The notes below the pieces were generated by a model, which was given only the letters and a program-made list of their open reading frames with translations, was not told the DNA's origin and ran no database searches. A program made the position numbers and the translations under genes. DNA of 64,000 nucleotides from Candidatus Nezhaarchaeales archaeon (GTDB lineage: Archaea; Thermoproteota; Methanomethylicia; Nezhaarchaeales; WYZ-LMO8), in NCBI GenBank assembly GCA_038887515.1, contig JAWAKK010000002.1, positions 160,001-224,000 on the forward strand, given 5' to 3'. Shown piece after piece: positions 10,563 to 20,759 of this stretch. Numbering within the stretch: position 1 is the stretch's first letter; the number at the start of each line of letters is the position of its first letter.

Positions 10563-10826
10563 CTACAATTTTACCTTCCTGAATAGAGTGCTACCACGGA
10601 CTCTGTCTCTTATGAGTAAGACCCTGTGATATGGAATAATCTTCTCGTCGCCGTCTAAATCCCTAAACTTAAAGCAACTTCTAAGAACCTTAGTTATACT
10701 TTCGACTGGTATCACCTTAATATCGTTGGGCGCACCTCTATGTATGATGTGAACCTCAAAGTCCTTAGGATTTAACTCGCCATGCCACCTTATCTTATTT
10801 AGTAGCGCTCTGATGTGTGACGTCAT
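10563..10826 (-). CDS. DUF504/UPF0248 family protein
   Basis: LNKIRW, HRGAP and IPYHRV. Confidence 0.8.
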   Translation of the reverse strand: MTSHIRALLNKIRWHGELNPKDFEVHIIHRGAPNDIKVIPVESITKVLRSCFKFRDLDGDEKIIPYHRVLLIRDRVRGSTLFRKVKL

Positions 10827-10832
10827 GAAGCT

Positions 10833-11411
10833 TCACTTCGATCCCCCATTCCTCCTAGTAATTAGGTTCAGGGTTTGCTGTCTGCCTAAAATTACTATGT
10901 TGTCAACAGGATCCAATTCTCTTAAAATATAACTTTGTAGCTTAGCTTCGAGCATCCTTACTTCCTTTGACCGCTTAGGATAGCTGAGAACCAATACACC
11001 ATTATTTGATAATACCCGTAAGAGTGACCTGAAAGCCCTTAAAGGATTACAGTTCTGTATGACCGTGAGGCTTACGACTAAATCGAAGGCTTTGGGACGG
11101 AAGGGTAGATATTCGACGTCGCATATCACGAAGTCTACTTCCACTGTTTCGTTTAATTTTTCTTTAGCTTTTTGAATCATACCTTTCGAAAAGTCTACAC
11201 CGACCACAAGAGCTCCCTTGCTCCGAAGCTTCTCAGTGACTAGCCCGGTTCCACAGCCGGCATCAAGAACTACCTTGAATTTTGATTCTTTAAGTATTCC
11301 GAGGTTGAACACGGACGTAAACTTCTTAATCTGTTCATAGCCGTAAAGCTCATCATAAAATTTCGAGGTGATATCATATAAGTAGCGGAGTCTAGCCTTC
11401 TCAGGTCTCAC
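10833..11411 (-). CDS. Class I SAM-dependent methyltransferase
   Basis: LDAGCGTG, GVDFS and LPF motifs. Confidence 0.85.
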   Translation of the reverse strand: MRPEKARLRYLYDITSKFYDELYGYEQIKKFTSVFNLGILKESKFKVVLDAGCGTGLVTEKLRSKGALVVGVDFSKGMIQKAKEKLNETVEVDFVICDVEYLPFRPKAFDLVVSLTVIQNCNPLRAFRSLLRVLSNNGVLVLSYPKRSKEVRMLEAKLQSYILRELDPVDNIVILGRQQTLNLITRRNGGSK

Positions 11412-11621
11412 GAGTTATTTTTCTATCGAACTTAAATATCATTTTTGCTCAAATACGTTATGCAATATAAATAATAACGAAGAGGGCCAGCCCAAATCAG
11501 CGCGAATCTAGGAGTCTATATCAAAGGTTTCTCTCGAAACATTTATTTTCTTGAAGGTTGTCTCCACTCATTCAAAGGGGGTCCTTCGAAGGTTAACCAA
11601 GACTTAAAAGGAGTGATAGAG

Positions 11622-12167
11622 ATGTCAGAAAAATTTGGAAACCCTGCAGCTCTAGGCCTGGCAGCATTCGCACTAACAACATTCCTACTCAGTCTTACTA
11701 ATGCTAAACTTGCACCGCCACATCTCTTATATCTCATTGTTCCCACCGCGCTTATCTATGGAGGAGCAGCGCAGTTAATAGCTGGCATAATCGATCTCGT
11801 TAAAACCGGATCAACGTTTGGTGGAACTGCCTTCTGCTCTTACGGAGCTTTCTGGATAAGCTTGGGGATCGCAGAGCTATTGAAAGCCCGAGGAGTTTGG
11901 TACTACTATGAACATGAAATGGGTCTCTTTCTAATTGCATGGACGATATTTACGTTTTATATGTGGATTGGAACCAGAAAGCTTGGTCGAGAACTTAAAT
12001 CACTATTTACGCTACTGTTACTTACATTCATAGCCCTCGACGTAGGACATGTGCTACATCCATACGTGGAGGTAGCAAATACCATTGGTGGCTACATTGG
12101 AATACTGACGGCCTTCAATGCATGGTATATCTCTGCAACCATTGTGTTAAAAGGGGGCCATCACTAA
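11622..12167 (+). CDS. GPR1/FUN34/YaaH (SatP-like) acetate uptake transporter
   Basis: NPAALGL and SYGAFW motifs; six hydrophobic segments. Confidence 0.9.
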   Translation: MSEKFGNPAALGLAAFALTTFLLSLTNAKLAPPHLLYLIVPTALIYGGAAQLIAGIIDLVKTGSTFGGTAFCSYGAFWISLGIAELLKARGVWYYYEHEMGLFLIAWTIFTFYMWIGTRKLGRELKSLFTLLLLTFIALDVGHVLHPYVEVANTIGGYIGILTAFNAWYISATIVLKGGHH

Positions 12168-12290
12168 GGGAGGGGCCATAGCTCAGTAATGAAGATGGTA
12201 AGATACTACGATCAATTATCTCATTTTATTATTTTATTATGACAGGAGCCAAAGCGATCTCTCTGGTTAAATGAAAATATAACAAAACGA

Positions 12291-12368
12291 TGGTAGCGGG
12301 GGGTGGATTTGAACCACCGATCTCGGGGTTATGAGCCCCGCGGGATAACCTGGCTTCCCCACCCCGCT
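12291..12368 (-). tRNA. Initiator tRNA-Met(CAT)
   Basis: Cloverleaf AGCGGGG...CGGGG-CTCATAA-CCCCG...TTCAAAT...CCCCGCT-A-CCA; A1-U72 pair and G-C rich anticodon stem; no intron. Confidence 0.95.
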
Positions 12369-12506
12369 CTAAAATTTGCGTAACATTAAGTATAGAAGGG
12401 TTTACAAAAACTTTTCCTTCAAAAGATAGAGACTTTCGGATATGATGCTTAACTGTGGGTAAGTTAGGAGCATATTTCATTTTTAGCTTTAAATCGAACG
12501 AGACAG

Positions 12507-12694
12507 ACCCCTCTCTTTCCAGTGGAACTCGCTCTCTTCATTGTAAGGTTAAAGAAGAAATGAAGATAGCTTCTCAAAAATGAGTAAAAGAAAGAGTAAA
12601 ATTTTTTCTAGAGAAGAAAAAACATTTGTACAATTTTTAAGCATTATAGTTTTTACAAAGTGCTAGCACCTTTCTCCAGTGGAAATCCAGGGGT
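12507..12694. other. Putative replication origin: two inverted ORB elements flanking an AT-rich tract
   Basis: Minus-strand GTTCCACTGGAAAGAGAGGGGT (12507-12528) and plus-strand CTCCAGTGGAAATCCAGGGGT (12674-12694) match the archaeal ORB pattern (TCCAnTGGAAA plus G-string); they lie in a roughly 690 bp AT-rich non-coding region. Confidence 0.75.
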
Positions 12695-13060
12695 GTAGGT
12701 GGTAAGTTTCCTTCCCCTTTAATAATATACTTTTTCTACCTGTTTCTTGAACAGAAAGTGACTCGCGAAGAACTCTTTCAGGTCTTCTTTCTTTTAACAT
12801 TTTATGAAAATTATCTTTTTATTATTTAATTATTTGTAGTAAAGAGTGAATTTCTAGTTTTCGGTGGATTCTATTCTAGTTCTCTTTGAAAAATTAGTCT
12901 ACTACTCCCCTAACATTATGTGAAATCCATTTAGAATAGAATTTCGATCCCCTATTATCCCGATATAGGGGGTTACCTTTGTTCATGTAAAAGTTTTACG
13001 ATAGTAAGTTTAAAAAACTGTGAATTGTGAAAGTAAATTGTGAGCTGTAGACTGTAGAAA

Positions 13061-13474
13061 GTGGTATCTATGGCTTTCAACGACTTCAGATTTACAGTGT
13101 CTTTTCCTGACGGCTCTAAGATGATCATAATATTTCAAGGTAAAGACATTCCATGGAAACGCATTCAGATGGTTAAGGACCTCATTGACATAGTGTCATC
13201 AGCTGAAACGCCAAACACTCAAAATGAACCACAAGAACAAACACTTATGGAGAGGTTTAAACAAGTCATAGAAGGAAACTTCGGTGATGGCTCTTGGTTT
13301 ACAAGCAAAGACATCTTAGACGCATATCGAAGAACTTTCAACGAAGACTTGAAGCCGTCCACGGTCTCTACATATTTATTAAGGTTATATAATGGAGGCT
13401 TCTTGGAGAGGCGTGGCGAAAGAAAGAGCAGAATGTATCGTCTTGTAAAGAAGGTTGAAGTTACAAGAATTTAA
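13061..13474 (+). CDS. Winged-helix DNA-binding protein
   Basis: C-terminal WFTSKDI...STVSTYLLRLYNGGFLERRG...YRL wHTH pattern. Confidence 0.7.
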   Translation: MVSMAFNDFRFTVSFPDGSKMIIIFQGKDIPWKRIQMVKDLIDIVSSAETPNTQNEPQEQTLMERFKQVIEGNFGDGSWFTSKDILDAYRRTFNEDLKPSTVSTYLLRLYNGGFLERRGERKSRMYRLVKKVEVTRI

Positions 13475-13512
13475 ATTAAGCGCTAGGATTTAATAGGTGC
13501 CCGCCTTCATCG

Positions 13513-15849
13513 TTGAAGGTTATGAGTGGTCTAGTGAAAGCAGTAATACATGTAATAGGGCTAGTGCAAGGAGTGGGGTTTAGGCCATTCGTATATCGCT
13601 TGGCTAGGTCGTTGAATCTTAAAGGATATGTAGCAAATCTTGGCGATGCTAGTGTAGAAATAGTAGCCGAAGGTTGCAAAGACTCTATCGATGTTTTCAT
13701 TGAGAAGCTTAAGTCAGAGAAACCTGCTCCTGCACGCATTGACCATATCTCAGTAGAATGGTTTAAGTATACCGGAGATTTTAAAGACTTTCAAATTTTA
13801 TCAAGCATATTTAAAGTTAAGCTAAGCGGCTCTTCCGTTCCACCTGACATAGCAATATGTCATGATTGCATAAACGATATCATGAGCAACGATCCTCGTT
13901 GGTCGAACTATCCATTTACATGCTGTGCAATTTGTGGGCCTAGGTTCTCCATAATATTTGATTTGCCTTATGACCGTGAGCGCACGTCAATGGCCAAGTT
14001 CCCCATGTGTAGTTATTGTCGACGAGACTACGAGGATCCTATGAGTAGGAGGTACCATGCCGAGGGCATTTGTTGCAAGTTTTGTGGCCCTAAAAACGAG
14101 CTGTTAGATCGAGCTGGATCAAAGATCTCCTGCGAGGATCCTATCAGAGAAGCGGCGAAGCTAGTCAAAGAGGGTTTTATAGTTGCAGTGAAGGGCGTGG
14201 GAGGCTTTCATATAGCTTGTCTCGCTACAGATGATGACGTTGTTTTAGAGTTAAGAAAGAGGAGAAGGAGACCTCAACAGCCTTTTGCGGTCATGTCTAT
14301 GTCTGTTGACGATGTCGAGAGCTTTGCCTATGTCAATCAAATCGAGAAGGAACTTCTTACGTCTAGAGAACGACCAATAGTAATCTTGAAGGCTAAACGT
14401 GATGGGCCTATATCTCCTTGGGTATATCCAGGTCTTGATAGCATAGGGGTCATGCTTCCTTACACAGGTATACACTTATTGTTGTTAATGCAAGTGGGGG
14501 AACCAGCAATTGTAATGACTAGTGGAAACTACCCTGGAGAGCCTATGGTTACCACGACTGAAGAAGCTTTAAAGAAATTATCAGGAATTGTTGATTATTA
14601 CTTAACTCATGATAGAGATATAGTGAATAGATGTGACGACTCTGTCATACGTGTGTCTAATGGAGTGCCAACCTTCTTACGCCGATCTAGAGGCTACGCT
14701 CCATTGCCTATAGAGTTTCCAGGGATACGCAACAACGACTGTATTGTTGCGTTTGGAGGGGACTTCAACGTAACAGTTTCTATACTTAGAGGAAACAAAT
14801 GTTACATCAGTCAACACATAGGGGACCTAGAAAACTTGGATACAGTAAAGTTCCTAGAGCAAGCCTATGGTTTTCTAAGGAAATCTCTGAGGATAGAGAG
14901 GATTGACGCTGTTGCTTGCGACCTAAACCGCCTCTTCCCCTCAACTAGATACGCTGAAGAGCTTAGCCGCGCATTGAACATTCCTTTAATAAGGGTTCAA
15001 CACCACCACGCGCACGCAGCATCGCTCGCCGCGGAGAGCGGTCTTGGACCCGATGAGGAGGCAATCTACATAACGATTGACGGAGTAGGATTAGGCGATG
15101 ATGGAACTGCTTGGGGCGGAGAGGTCCTATTGGCCTCAAGCCGACGATACGAGAGGGTTGGTCATATAAAGCCATACCCCCTACCTGGAGGCGATCTCTG
15201 CGCGTATTATCCAATTAGAGCTCTCGCTGGGTTGCTGAGCCAAGCTATGGATTTGAGTGAACTGGAAAGCTTGTTGACTGAGAGGTATTCAAAGGCATTT
15301 AAGTATGGAGAGCGTGAAGTGACTGTCGTGATGAAGCAGTTACGTTCAGGGTTAAACGTTGTTATGTCTTCAAGTACAGGTCGTTTCCTAGACGCCATTT
15401 CAGCTATGCTTGGTATCTGTACATATAGATCTTATGAAGGTGAGCCAGCTATGAAGCTTGAGGCCCTTGCCTGTACAAGCAACGACATTATTGGTATCGA
15501 CATCCCTATAATAGATGAAGGAAAGAGAAGCATGATTGACGTCGCTAAAATATCCTTGGAACTCATGAATTATACAAAGAACATGTCTCCTAACATAATT
15601 GCTCGCACCGCTCACGTTGCTTTAGCTAAGGGGCTTGCAGGCATAGCCTGCTCAAAGGCCCTCGAAGAGGGCGTGAAGATCGTAGGGCTCTCGGGAGGGG
15701 CTGCGGTGAACGAAATAATACTTGAGGTCGTCGAAGACGAAGTTTTAAGGTATGGGCTTAAATTTATGAGGCATAAAGCTTTACCTCCTGGAGACGGGGG
15801 TCTCTCGGCTGGGCAAGTAGTTGTCGGTTACTCCTACCTCAATGCTTAA
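13513..15849 (+). CDS. hypF: [NiFe]-hydrogenase maturation carbamoyltransferase HypF
   Basis: VQGVGFRPF, zinc fingers, KGVGGFH, QHHHAH and DGGLSAGQ. Confidence 0.96.
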   Translation: MKVMSGLVKAVIHVIGLVQGVGFRPFVYRLARSLNLKGYVANLGDASVEIVAEGCKDSIDVFIEKLKSEKPAPARIDHISVEWFKYTGDFKDFQILSSIFKVKLSGSSVPPDIAICHDCINDIMSNDPRWSNYPFTCCAICGPRFSIIFDLPYDRERTSMAKFPMCSYCRRDYEDPMSRRYHAEGICCKFCGPKNELLDRAGSKISCEDPIREAAKLVKEGFIVAVKGVGGFHIACLATDDDVVLELRKRRRRPQQPFAVMSMSVDDVESFAYVNQIEKELLTSRERPIVILKAKRDGPISPWVYPGLDSIGVMLPYTGIHLLLLMQVGEPAIVMTSGNYPGEPMVTTTEEALKKLSGIVDYYLTHDRDIVNRCDDSVIRVSNGVPTFLRRSRGYAPLPIEFPGIRNNDCIVAFGGDFNVTVSILRGNKCYISQHIGDLENLDTVKFLEQAYGFLRKSLRIERIDAVACDLNRLFPSTRYAEELSRALNIPLIRVQHHHAHAASLAAESGLGPDEEAIYITIDGVGLGDDGTAWGGEVLLASSRRYERVGHIKPYPLPGGDLCAYYPIRALAGLLSQAMDLSELESLLTERYSKAFKYGEREVTVVMKQLRSGLNVVMSSSTGRFLDAISAMLGICTYRSYEGEPAMKLEALACTSNDIIGIDIPIIDEGKRSMIDVAKISLELMNYTKNMSPNIIARTAHVALAKGLAGIACSKALEEGVKIVGLSGGAAVNEIILEVVEDEVLRYGLKFMRHKALPPGDGGLSAGQVVVGYSYLNA

Positions 15850-15877
15850 ATCGGAGAGGAATCAGAACAAAATCTGT

Positions 15878-16369
15878 ATGAGCGGAGTTCAAGTTAAAGC
15901 GATTCCAATTGATATACCAAGTGGGTCGAACGTAATAATCGGCCAAGCACACTTTATAAAGACGGTCGAAGACCTTTACGAAGCATTAGCAACCTCCTCT
16001 CCACACATAAGGTTTGGCCTAGCATTTAATGAGGCGTCAGGACCTAGACTTGTAAGGAAGGAAGGTAATGACCCGGAACTTATCGAAGCCGCCGTTAAGG
16101 CATCGTTGAGTATAGGCGCAGGTCACATCTTCGTGGTATTCATAAGGAACGCGTACCCGATAAACGTTTTAAATGCTATAAAGATGATTCCAGAGGTTTG
16201 TAGGATATTTTGTGCTACAGCGAATCCACTACAAGTAATTGTGGCAGAAACGGATCAAGGCAGGGGAGTAATAGGAGTTGTGGATGGTTACACTGTTGTA
16301 GACGTGGAAGATAGAGAAAAAGAGGAGGAAAGAAAGGGATTCCTGAGAAAAATTGGCTATAAAAGGTGA
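15878..16369 (+). CDS. Adenosine-specific kinase family (DUF355)
   Basis: [18 protein letters not shown] and CATANP. Confidence 0.85.
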   Translation: MSGVQVKAIPIDIPSGSNVIIGQAHFIKTVEDLYEALATSSPHIRFGLAFNEASGPRLVRKEGNDPELIEAAVKASLSIGAGHIFVVFIRNAYPINVLNAIKMIPEVCRIFCATANPLQVIVAETDQGRGVIGVVDGYTVVDVEDREKEEERKGFLRKIGYKR

Positions 16370-16375
16370 TATCAA

Positions 16376-16939
16376 CTGCATGACATTACGCCAAGCCACA
16401 TAAACACGTTTAAATCTTACTGCTTTGCGTGTGGTGGAGAGTCCCTAGTAAGCGAACTATGCTACGAGTTTCCAGGGTTCGGAAGCGTCTACCTTTTGTC
16501 AATGATATGTCATAACTGCGGGTTCAGGCATAGCGATATTATGGAGATAACCCCTCATCAAGAACCGTTAAGGTTAATCGTTAAGGTTGAGGATCCCACA
16601 GATGTAAACCATATAGTTGTACGTTCAAGTTTTGCCACTGTGAAGATCCCCGAACTAGGGGTAACAATAACTCCTGGCCCATATGCCCAGGGGATTATAA
16701 CGACAATAGAGGGTTTTCTTCATAGAACCAAAGAAATTGTAGAGTTTCTGACGTCAGACGAAACGGACAACGATCGGTTATGCAAATGTCTAGAGACGCT
16801 CGATAAGTTGACAGCTGCAATAGAGGGTAGGCTTAAGTTTACTTTTATAATCGAGGACCCTAGCGGGCTAAGTACCGTAATGCCTAAGTGTGGGCAGGCT
16901 TCAAAGATATTGAAAGAGCCTTTAAATGTAGAGGGCTAA
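16376..16939 (+). CDS. ZPR1-type zinc-finger protein (probable CTG start)
   Basis: First CFACG knuckle lies upstream of the TTG-called ORF, followed by CHNCGFR, TTIEG and IEDPSG; SD AGGTGAT is 5 nt before CTG 16376. Confidence 0.85.
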   Translation: MHDITPSHINTFKSYCFACGGESLVSELCYEFPGFGSVYLLSMICHNCGFRHSDIMEITPHQEPLRLIVKVEDPTDVNHIVVRSSFATVKIPELGVTITPGPYAQGIITTIEGFLHRTKEIVEFLTSDETDNDRLCKCLETLDKLTAAIEGRLKFTFIIEDPSGLSTVMPKCGQASKILKEPLNVEG

Positions 16940-16943
16940 AGAT

Positions 16944-17150
16944 ATGTCCAAAAGAGTCAAGGTTAAGTCCAGCGGCAAGAGTCATAAAGGTAGGGGTAGA
17001 TCCGAGCTTACTCCCATAGCCGGAGCAGGTCTGATAAGGTTTTTCAGAGAAGAGACAGGGGGTCTGTCGATACCGCCTTACCTAATAGTGATCTTATCAA
17101 TTATCCTAATAGCACTTGTGTTATCCCTTCCAGCTTTACTGCCCCTATAA
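16944..17150 (+). CDS. secG: Preprotein translocase Sec61-beta/SecG
   Basis: AGLIRFF followed by a single TM helix. Confidence 0.85.
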   Translation: MSKRVKVKSSGKSHKGRGRSELTPIAGAGLIRFFREETGGLSIPPYLIVILSIILIALVLSLPALLPL

Positions 17151-17169
17151 TGATAGGCGTGGCTTCCCT

Positions 17170-17460
17170 ATGCATATAAGAGAATTTCAAGCACTCGTAA
17201 AGGATATGTATTGGCATAAAGACTCGCAACGTCCTATCGAAGCTAACTTTGTCTATCTAGTAGAGGAAATAGGTGAACTAGGTAGTGCAATAGTCAAGGG
17301 CGATAGGAAGCTTATAGAGGAAGAATTGGCTGACGCTCTTGCATGGCTTGTGTCTGTTGCTAATGCCCTCTCAATAGACATAGAGGAAGCAGCGTTGAGA
17401 CGTTATGGAAAGAATTGTCCTAAATGTGGAGGAAGCCCTTGCCGATGTTTAACGAAGTAG
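17170..17460 (+). CDS. MazG-like nucleotide pyrophosphohydrolase
   Basis: EEIGEL...EELADALAW; C-terminal CPKC..PC.C. Confidence 0.85.
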   Translation: MHIREFQALVKDMYWHKDSQRPIEANFVYLVEEIGELGSAIVKGDRKLIEEELADALAWLVSVANALSIDIEEAALRRYGKNCPKCGGSPCRCLTK

Positions 17461-17464
17461 AGCC

Positions 17465-17692
17465 TTAAATCTTCCTGAACTTAGACTTAAGCTCCGAAAT
17501 CAGTATCTTCAAGTCGGTTTTTAATAGAATGTTGTCCTCTTTTTCTGCTTTTTCCTCGAGTTTACCCATGAATTCATGGATGTCTGAGCTCTCCTTTAGG
17601 GCCCTAGCTATTACTTCTTCAACTTCCCTCCAACATGTCAAGTATGGCTTACAATCCATAATTGCTTCCTTTATCGCTTCTTCGTCCTTCAT
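17465..17692 (-). CDS. Small hypothetical protein
   Basis: 75 aa helical ORF with SD-like GAGGAG, downstream of asd. Confidence 0.6.
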   Translation of the reverse strand: MKDEEAIKEAIMDCKPYLTCWREVEEVIARALKESSDIHEFMGKLEEKAEKEDNILLKTDLKILISELKSKFRKI

Positions 17693-17802
17693 TTCTCCTC
17701 TTCTCGTGCTAACGTCTGATATAGTATCACTAAGACTAATACAATTAGTGGAAGCACGTAAATTAAGTATGAAGAGAAAAGATCAAAATAGTTCATAGCC
17801 CA

Positions 17803-18867
17803 TCACACAAACCCCTTTTTAACCATTAATTCACCTATAAGAATTGAGTTGCCTGCTGCTCCCCTAATAACATTGTTGCCTAAAACTACATACTTCAGCC
17901 AGCCATCCTTCCCGCTCCTTAAACGTCCGATCACCACACTCATTCCCTTCCCCTCTTCTCGGTCAAGTCTCGGCTGCGGTCTATCATTTTCTTCTCTGAC
18001 AAGTACTGGCGTTTCTGGAGCTAATGGCAATCCGAGCTCTTGCGGCAGTCCCTTAAAACTTCTTAGAGCAGCCTTAATTTCCTCAAGATCTACTGGTCTT
18101 TTCAGTTTAACAAAGACATTCTCAAGATGTCCGTCAAGGACGCAAACTCTGTTGCACGAGGCTGAAATAGTTATGTCCGCGTATTTTATTGAGTCTTCTG
18201 ATAATCTTCCCAATATTTTCAAGCTTTCCGTTTGAATCTTCTCTTCCTCGCCAGCTATGAATGGTATCACGTTATCTATTATAGCCATGGATGTAACGCC
18301 CGAAAAACCGGCGCCCGATACTGCTTGCAGAGTAGTTACATGAACAGTATCTATCCCTGCACAGTCCATTATAGGTTTTAAAGTCAATGTAAGGATAATA
18401 GTGCTACAATTAGGGTTAGTAACAATAAAGCCTTTCCAGCCCCGCTTCCTCCTTTGAGGATAAATTAAATGTAAATGATCAGGATTTATCTCTGGCACTA
18501 CTAACGGGATATCGTCGAACATCCTCATAGCGCTAGCGTTGCTAATAACGTTAAAGCCTTCTTGAGCGAATTTAGGCTCTACTTCTCTCGCTACATTTGC
18601 CGGTAATGCTGAAAACACTAGATCGACGCTTTGACCTGTCTTTTTGAGGGCTTCAGGGCTTGTTTCTAGCACTTCTAAGTCCTTAACTACCTCAGGGTAA
18701 TTCGGACCCAATATCCACTTCGTGGCTTCGCAGTATTTCTTGCCAACGCTTTCGCTTGAAGCTGTTAACGCCACGATCTCGAAGAATGGATGGTCAGCCA
18801 ACAGCTTGACAAACCTCTGCCCGACGAGACCGGTCGCACCGAGCAACGCTACCTTAAGTTTATCCAT
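17803..18867 (-). CDS. asd: Aspartate-semialdehyde dehydrogenase
   Basis: [14 protein letters not shown] and QAVSGAG. Confidence 0.95.
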   Translation of the reverse strand: MDKLKVALLGATGLVGQRFVKLLADHPFFEIVALTASSESVGKKYCEATKWILGPNYPEVVKDLEVLETSPEALKKTGQSVDLVFSALPANVAREVEPKFAQEGFNVISNASAMRMFDDIPLVVPEINPDHLHLIYPQRRKRGWKGFIVTNPNCSTIILTLTLKPIMDCAGIDTVHVTTLQAVSGAGFSGVTSMAIIDNVIPFIAGEEEKIQTESLKILGRLSEDSIKYADITISASCNRVCVLDGHLENVFVKLKRPVDLEEIKAALRSFKGLPQELGLPLAPETPVLVREENDRPQPRLDREEGKGMSVVIGRLRSGKDGWLKYVVLGNNVIRGAAGNSILIGELMVKKGFV

Positions 18868-20254
18868 GCCAACCACCCACGAAAGCGTCATGCAAAGCCC
18901 TAACGGCTTTAATAGCGTCCTCTCTTTTTACCACTAGGGAAATGTTAAGTTCCGAAGCTCCTTGCGCTATCATTCTAACGTTTACGCCTTTTTCTGCTAC
19001 CGCGCTGAAAACCTTAGCGGCAACACCAGGTCTCCCCCTCATTCCTGATCCGACAACTGCAATCACGCAGACATCACTCTCCCAAGTGATGTCGCAGTTT
19101 CTGGGTAAAATTTCTTTTAGTTTCTTCAAAAGAACGTTTAGCTTTTCTTCTGAGACTACTATAGATATGTTTGTCTGCGATGAGCTTTGAGAAACCATTA
19201 CTGCGTTTGCACTTACGTCATACAATGCTTCGAAGACCTTAGCGACTATTAGTGGTGCCTCGTAAAGCCCTGCTCCGCTAACAGTTATTATGGCTACCCT
19301 AGGTATCATGGAGACGGCCTTAACTATTGCGTCGTTACACGTCTCTCGATGAACTATTGTGCCCGGATTTTCTAGGTTGAAGAAGCTCCTAACCCTTAAT
19401 GGAATGCTTTTTTCTATTAGTGGCTTTAATGCTAATGGATGTAAAACTTTTGCCCCAAAATATGCGAGCTCTGTAGCTTCATCGTAAGATATTTTTGGTA
19501 TAGGCTTTGCATCGGGTACGATCTTTGGGTCAGCGGTCATAATTCCTTCTACGTCCTTCCAAACCCATACTTCGTCAAACTCTAAAGCCGCTCCAATGAT
19601 CGTAGCGGAGTAGTCCGATCCGCCCCTGCCAAGGGTTGTTTCTACGCCCTCTATCGTTTGGCCTATAAAGCCAGTAATGACTGGAACAACGTCTCTTTCT
19701 ATGAGCGGCATTAAGGTCTTCTTTAGAAACTCTTCACATAAGCTCGGTAATGGATTTGCTTGACCAAAATTATCGTCTGTTACTATCCCTGCCTGTCCTC
19801 CAGTAAAGTACTCGGCTTTGATATTCTCAGATAGCAATGCTCTCCATACAACCCTGGTAGCCATTTTTTCTCCAAACGCTAGGACTCTATCTCTTGTTCT
19901 TGCGGAAGCTTCTTTAAGATAAGAAATCACTTTTAACATCGTTTGAAGCTCTTGAACATAGTTCTCGACGTCCTGAATTGCCTCTTTTCTCAGCTTCTCG
20001 TTTTTAATAGCCTCTATACAAGCCTGAATATGCCTATACTTAATGTTTGACAATAACATGTCAATTTCATTGACGTCTCCGAACAATGCTTTATTTACGA
20101 GATTAATCAGCGTGTCCGTTACCCCCGCCATAGCGGAGATGACTAATATTACCTTGTCTCCCTTCTCGACGTGTCTCCGCACAATATCTACAATTCTCAG
20201 TATATTAGCTCCCGATGATGTACAGACGCCTCCGAACTTCATGACGATCTTCAT
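18860..20254 (-). CDS. lysC: Aspartate kinase
   Basis: VMKFGG, TLGRGGSDYSA and ACT domains. Confidence 0.95.
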   Translation of the reverse strand: MKIVMKFGGVCTSSGANILRIVDIVRRHVEKGDKVILVISAMAGVTDTLINLVNKALFGDVNEIDMLLSNIKYRHIQACIEAIKNEKLRKEAIQDVENYVQELQTMLKVISYLKEASARTRDRVLAFGEKMATRVVWRALLSENIKAEYFTGGQAGIVTDDNFGQANPLPSLCEEFLKKTLMPLIERDVVPVITGFIGQTIEGVETTLGRGGSDYSATIIGAALEFDEVWVWKDVEGIMTADPKIVPDAKPIPKISYDEATELAYFGAKVLHPLALKPLIEKSIPLRVRSFFNLENPGTIVHRETCNDAIVKAVSMIPRVAIITVSGAGLYEAPLIVAKVFEALYDVSANAVMVSQSSSQTNISIVVSEEKLNVLLKKLKEILPRNCDITWESDVCVIAVVGSGMRGRPGVAAKVFSAVAEKGVNVRMIAQGASELNISLVVKREDAIKAVRALHDAFVGGWHG

Positions 20255-20267
20255 AGACTCCTCACCA

Positions 20268-20738
20268 TTAACTCTTAGTTTTAAAGGTGTTTGAAATCAT
20301 GAATAACGTAATCGACGCAAAGCCTAAAGGTCCTAAATCGTCTTCTACGTTTATATGCATGGGAATTCCTAGTTCCATCTCCTTGATCGATATCCCTGGT
20401 TCACTCCCTCCAAATATCACTGCTACAGGACCTCTTCTGGTCTCAGAGGTTATGCGTTCAACGTCTAAAGGTTCCTTAGCATACTTCTTTGGCGTGATGA
20501 AGACGATCTGTGAAGGCTTAAATAGTTCAATTAAATCCTCTAGGCCACTAAGCACTATCAAGGCTCTACCTTTCTTAAGTGCAAGCTTCTGAGCCTCGGG
20601 GAGCCCTGCTTGAGCCGCTGCACCACTAGGCTTGCTTATGACTATCGTTTTGAAACCTAGGCCATAGCACAGTTTGGCAAACTGCTTTACTACCTCAGCG
20701 CTGAATACATTATGCAATACTGGTATTACTTCATCCAT
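20268..20738 (-). CDS. DUF2122 family (SPOUT-like, often annotated RecB-family nuclease)
   Basis: LHNVFS...GAAAQAGLPEA...FGGSEPG. Confidence 0.7.
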   Translation of the reverse strand: MDEVIPVLHNVFSAEVVKQFAKLCYGLGFKTIVISKPSGAAAQAGLPEAQKLALKKGRALIVLSGLEDLIELFKPSQIVFITPKKYAKEPLDVERITSETRRGPVAVIFGGSEPGISIKEMELGIPMHINVEDDLGPLGFASITLFMISNTFKTKS

Positions 20739-20759
20739 CTTCAGTCGCTTACTACTTCT

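Noticed and set aside
11562-11582. CTCCACTCATTCAAAGGGGGT, a weak ORB look-alike
   Set aside because: It lacks the GGAAA half of the core and lies about 900 bp from the ORB pair
12152-12187. Repeated GGGGCCAT and a tRNA-5'-like GGGGCCATAGCTCAG
   Set aside because: No anticodon arm, T arm or matching 3' half nearby, and too short to support a split tRNA or att site
12229-12480. 83 aa ORF; likewise the 67 aa ORF at 23328-23531
   Set aside because: Both are shadow ORFs overlapping tRNA genes
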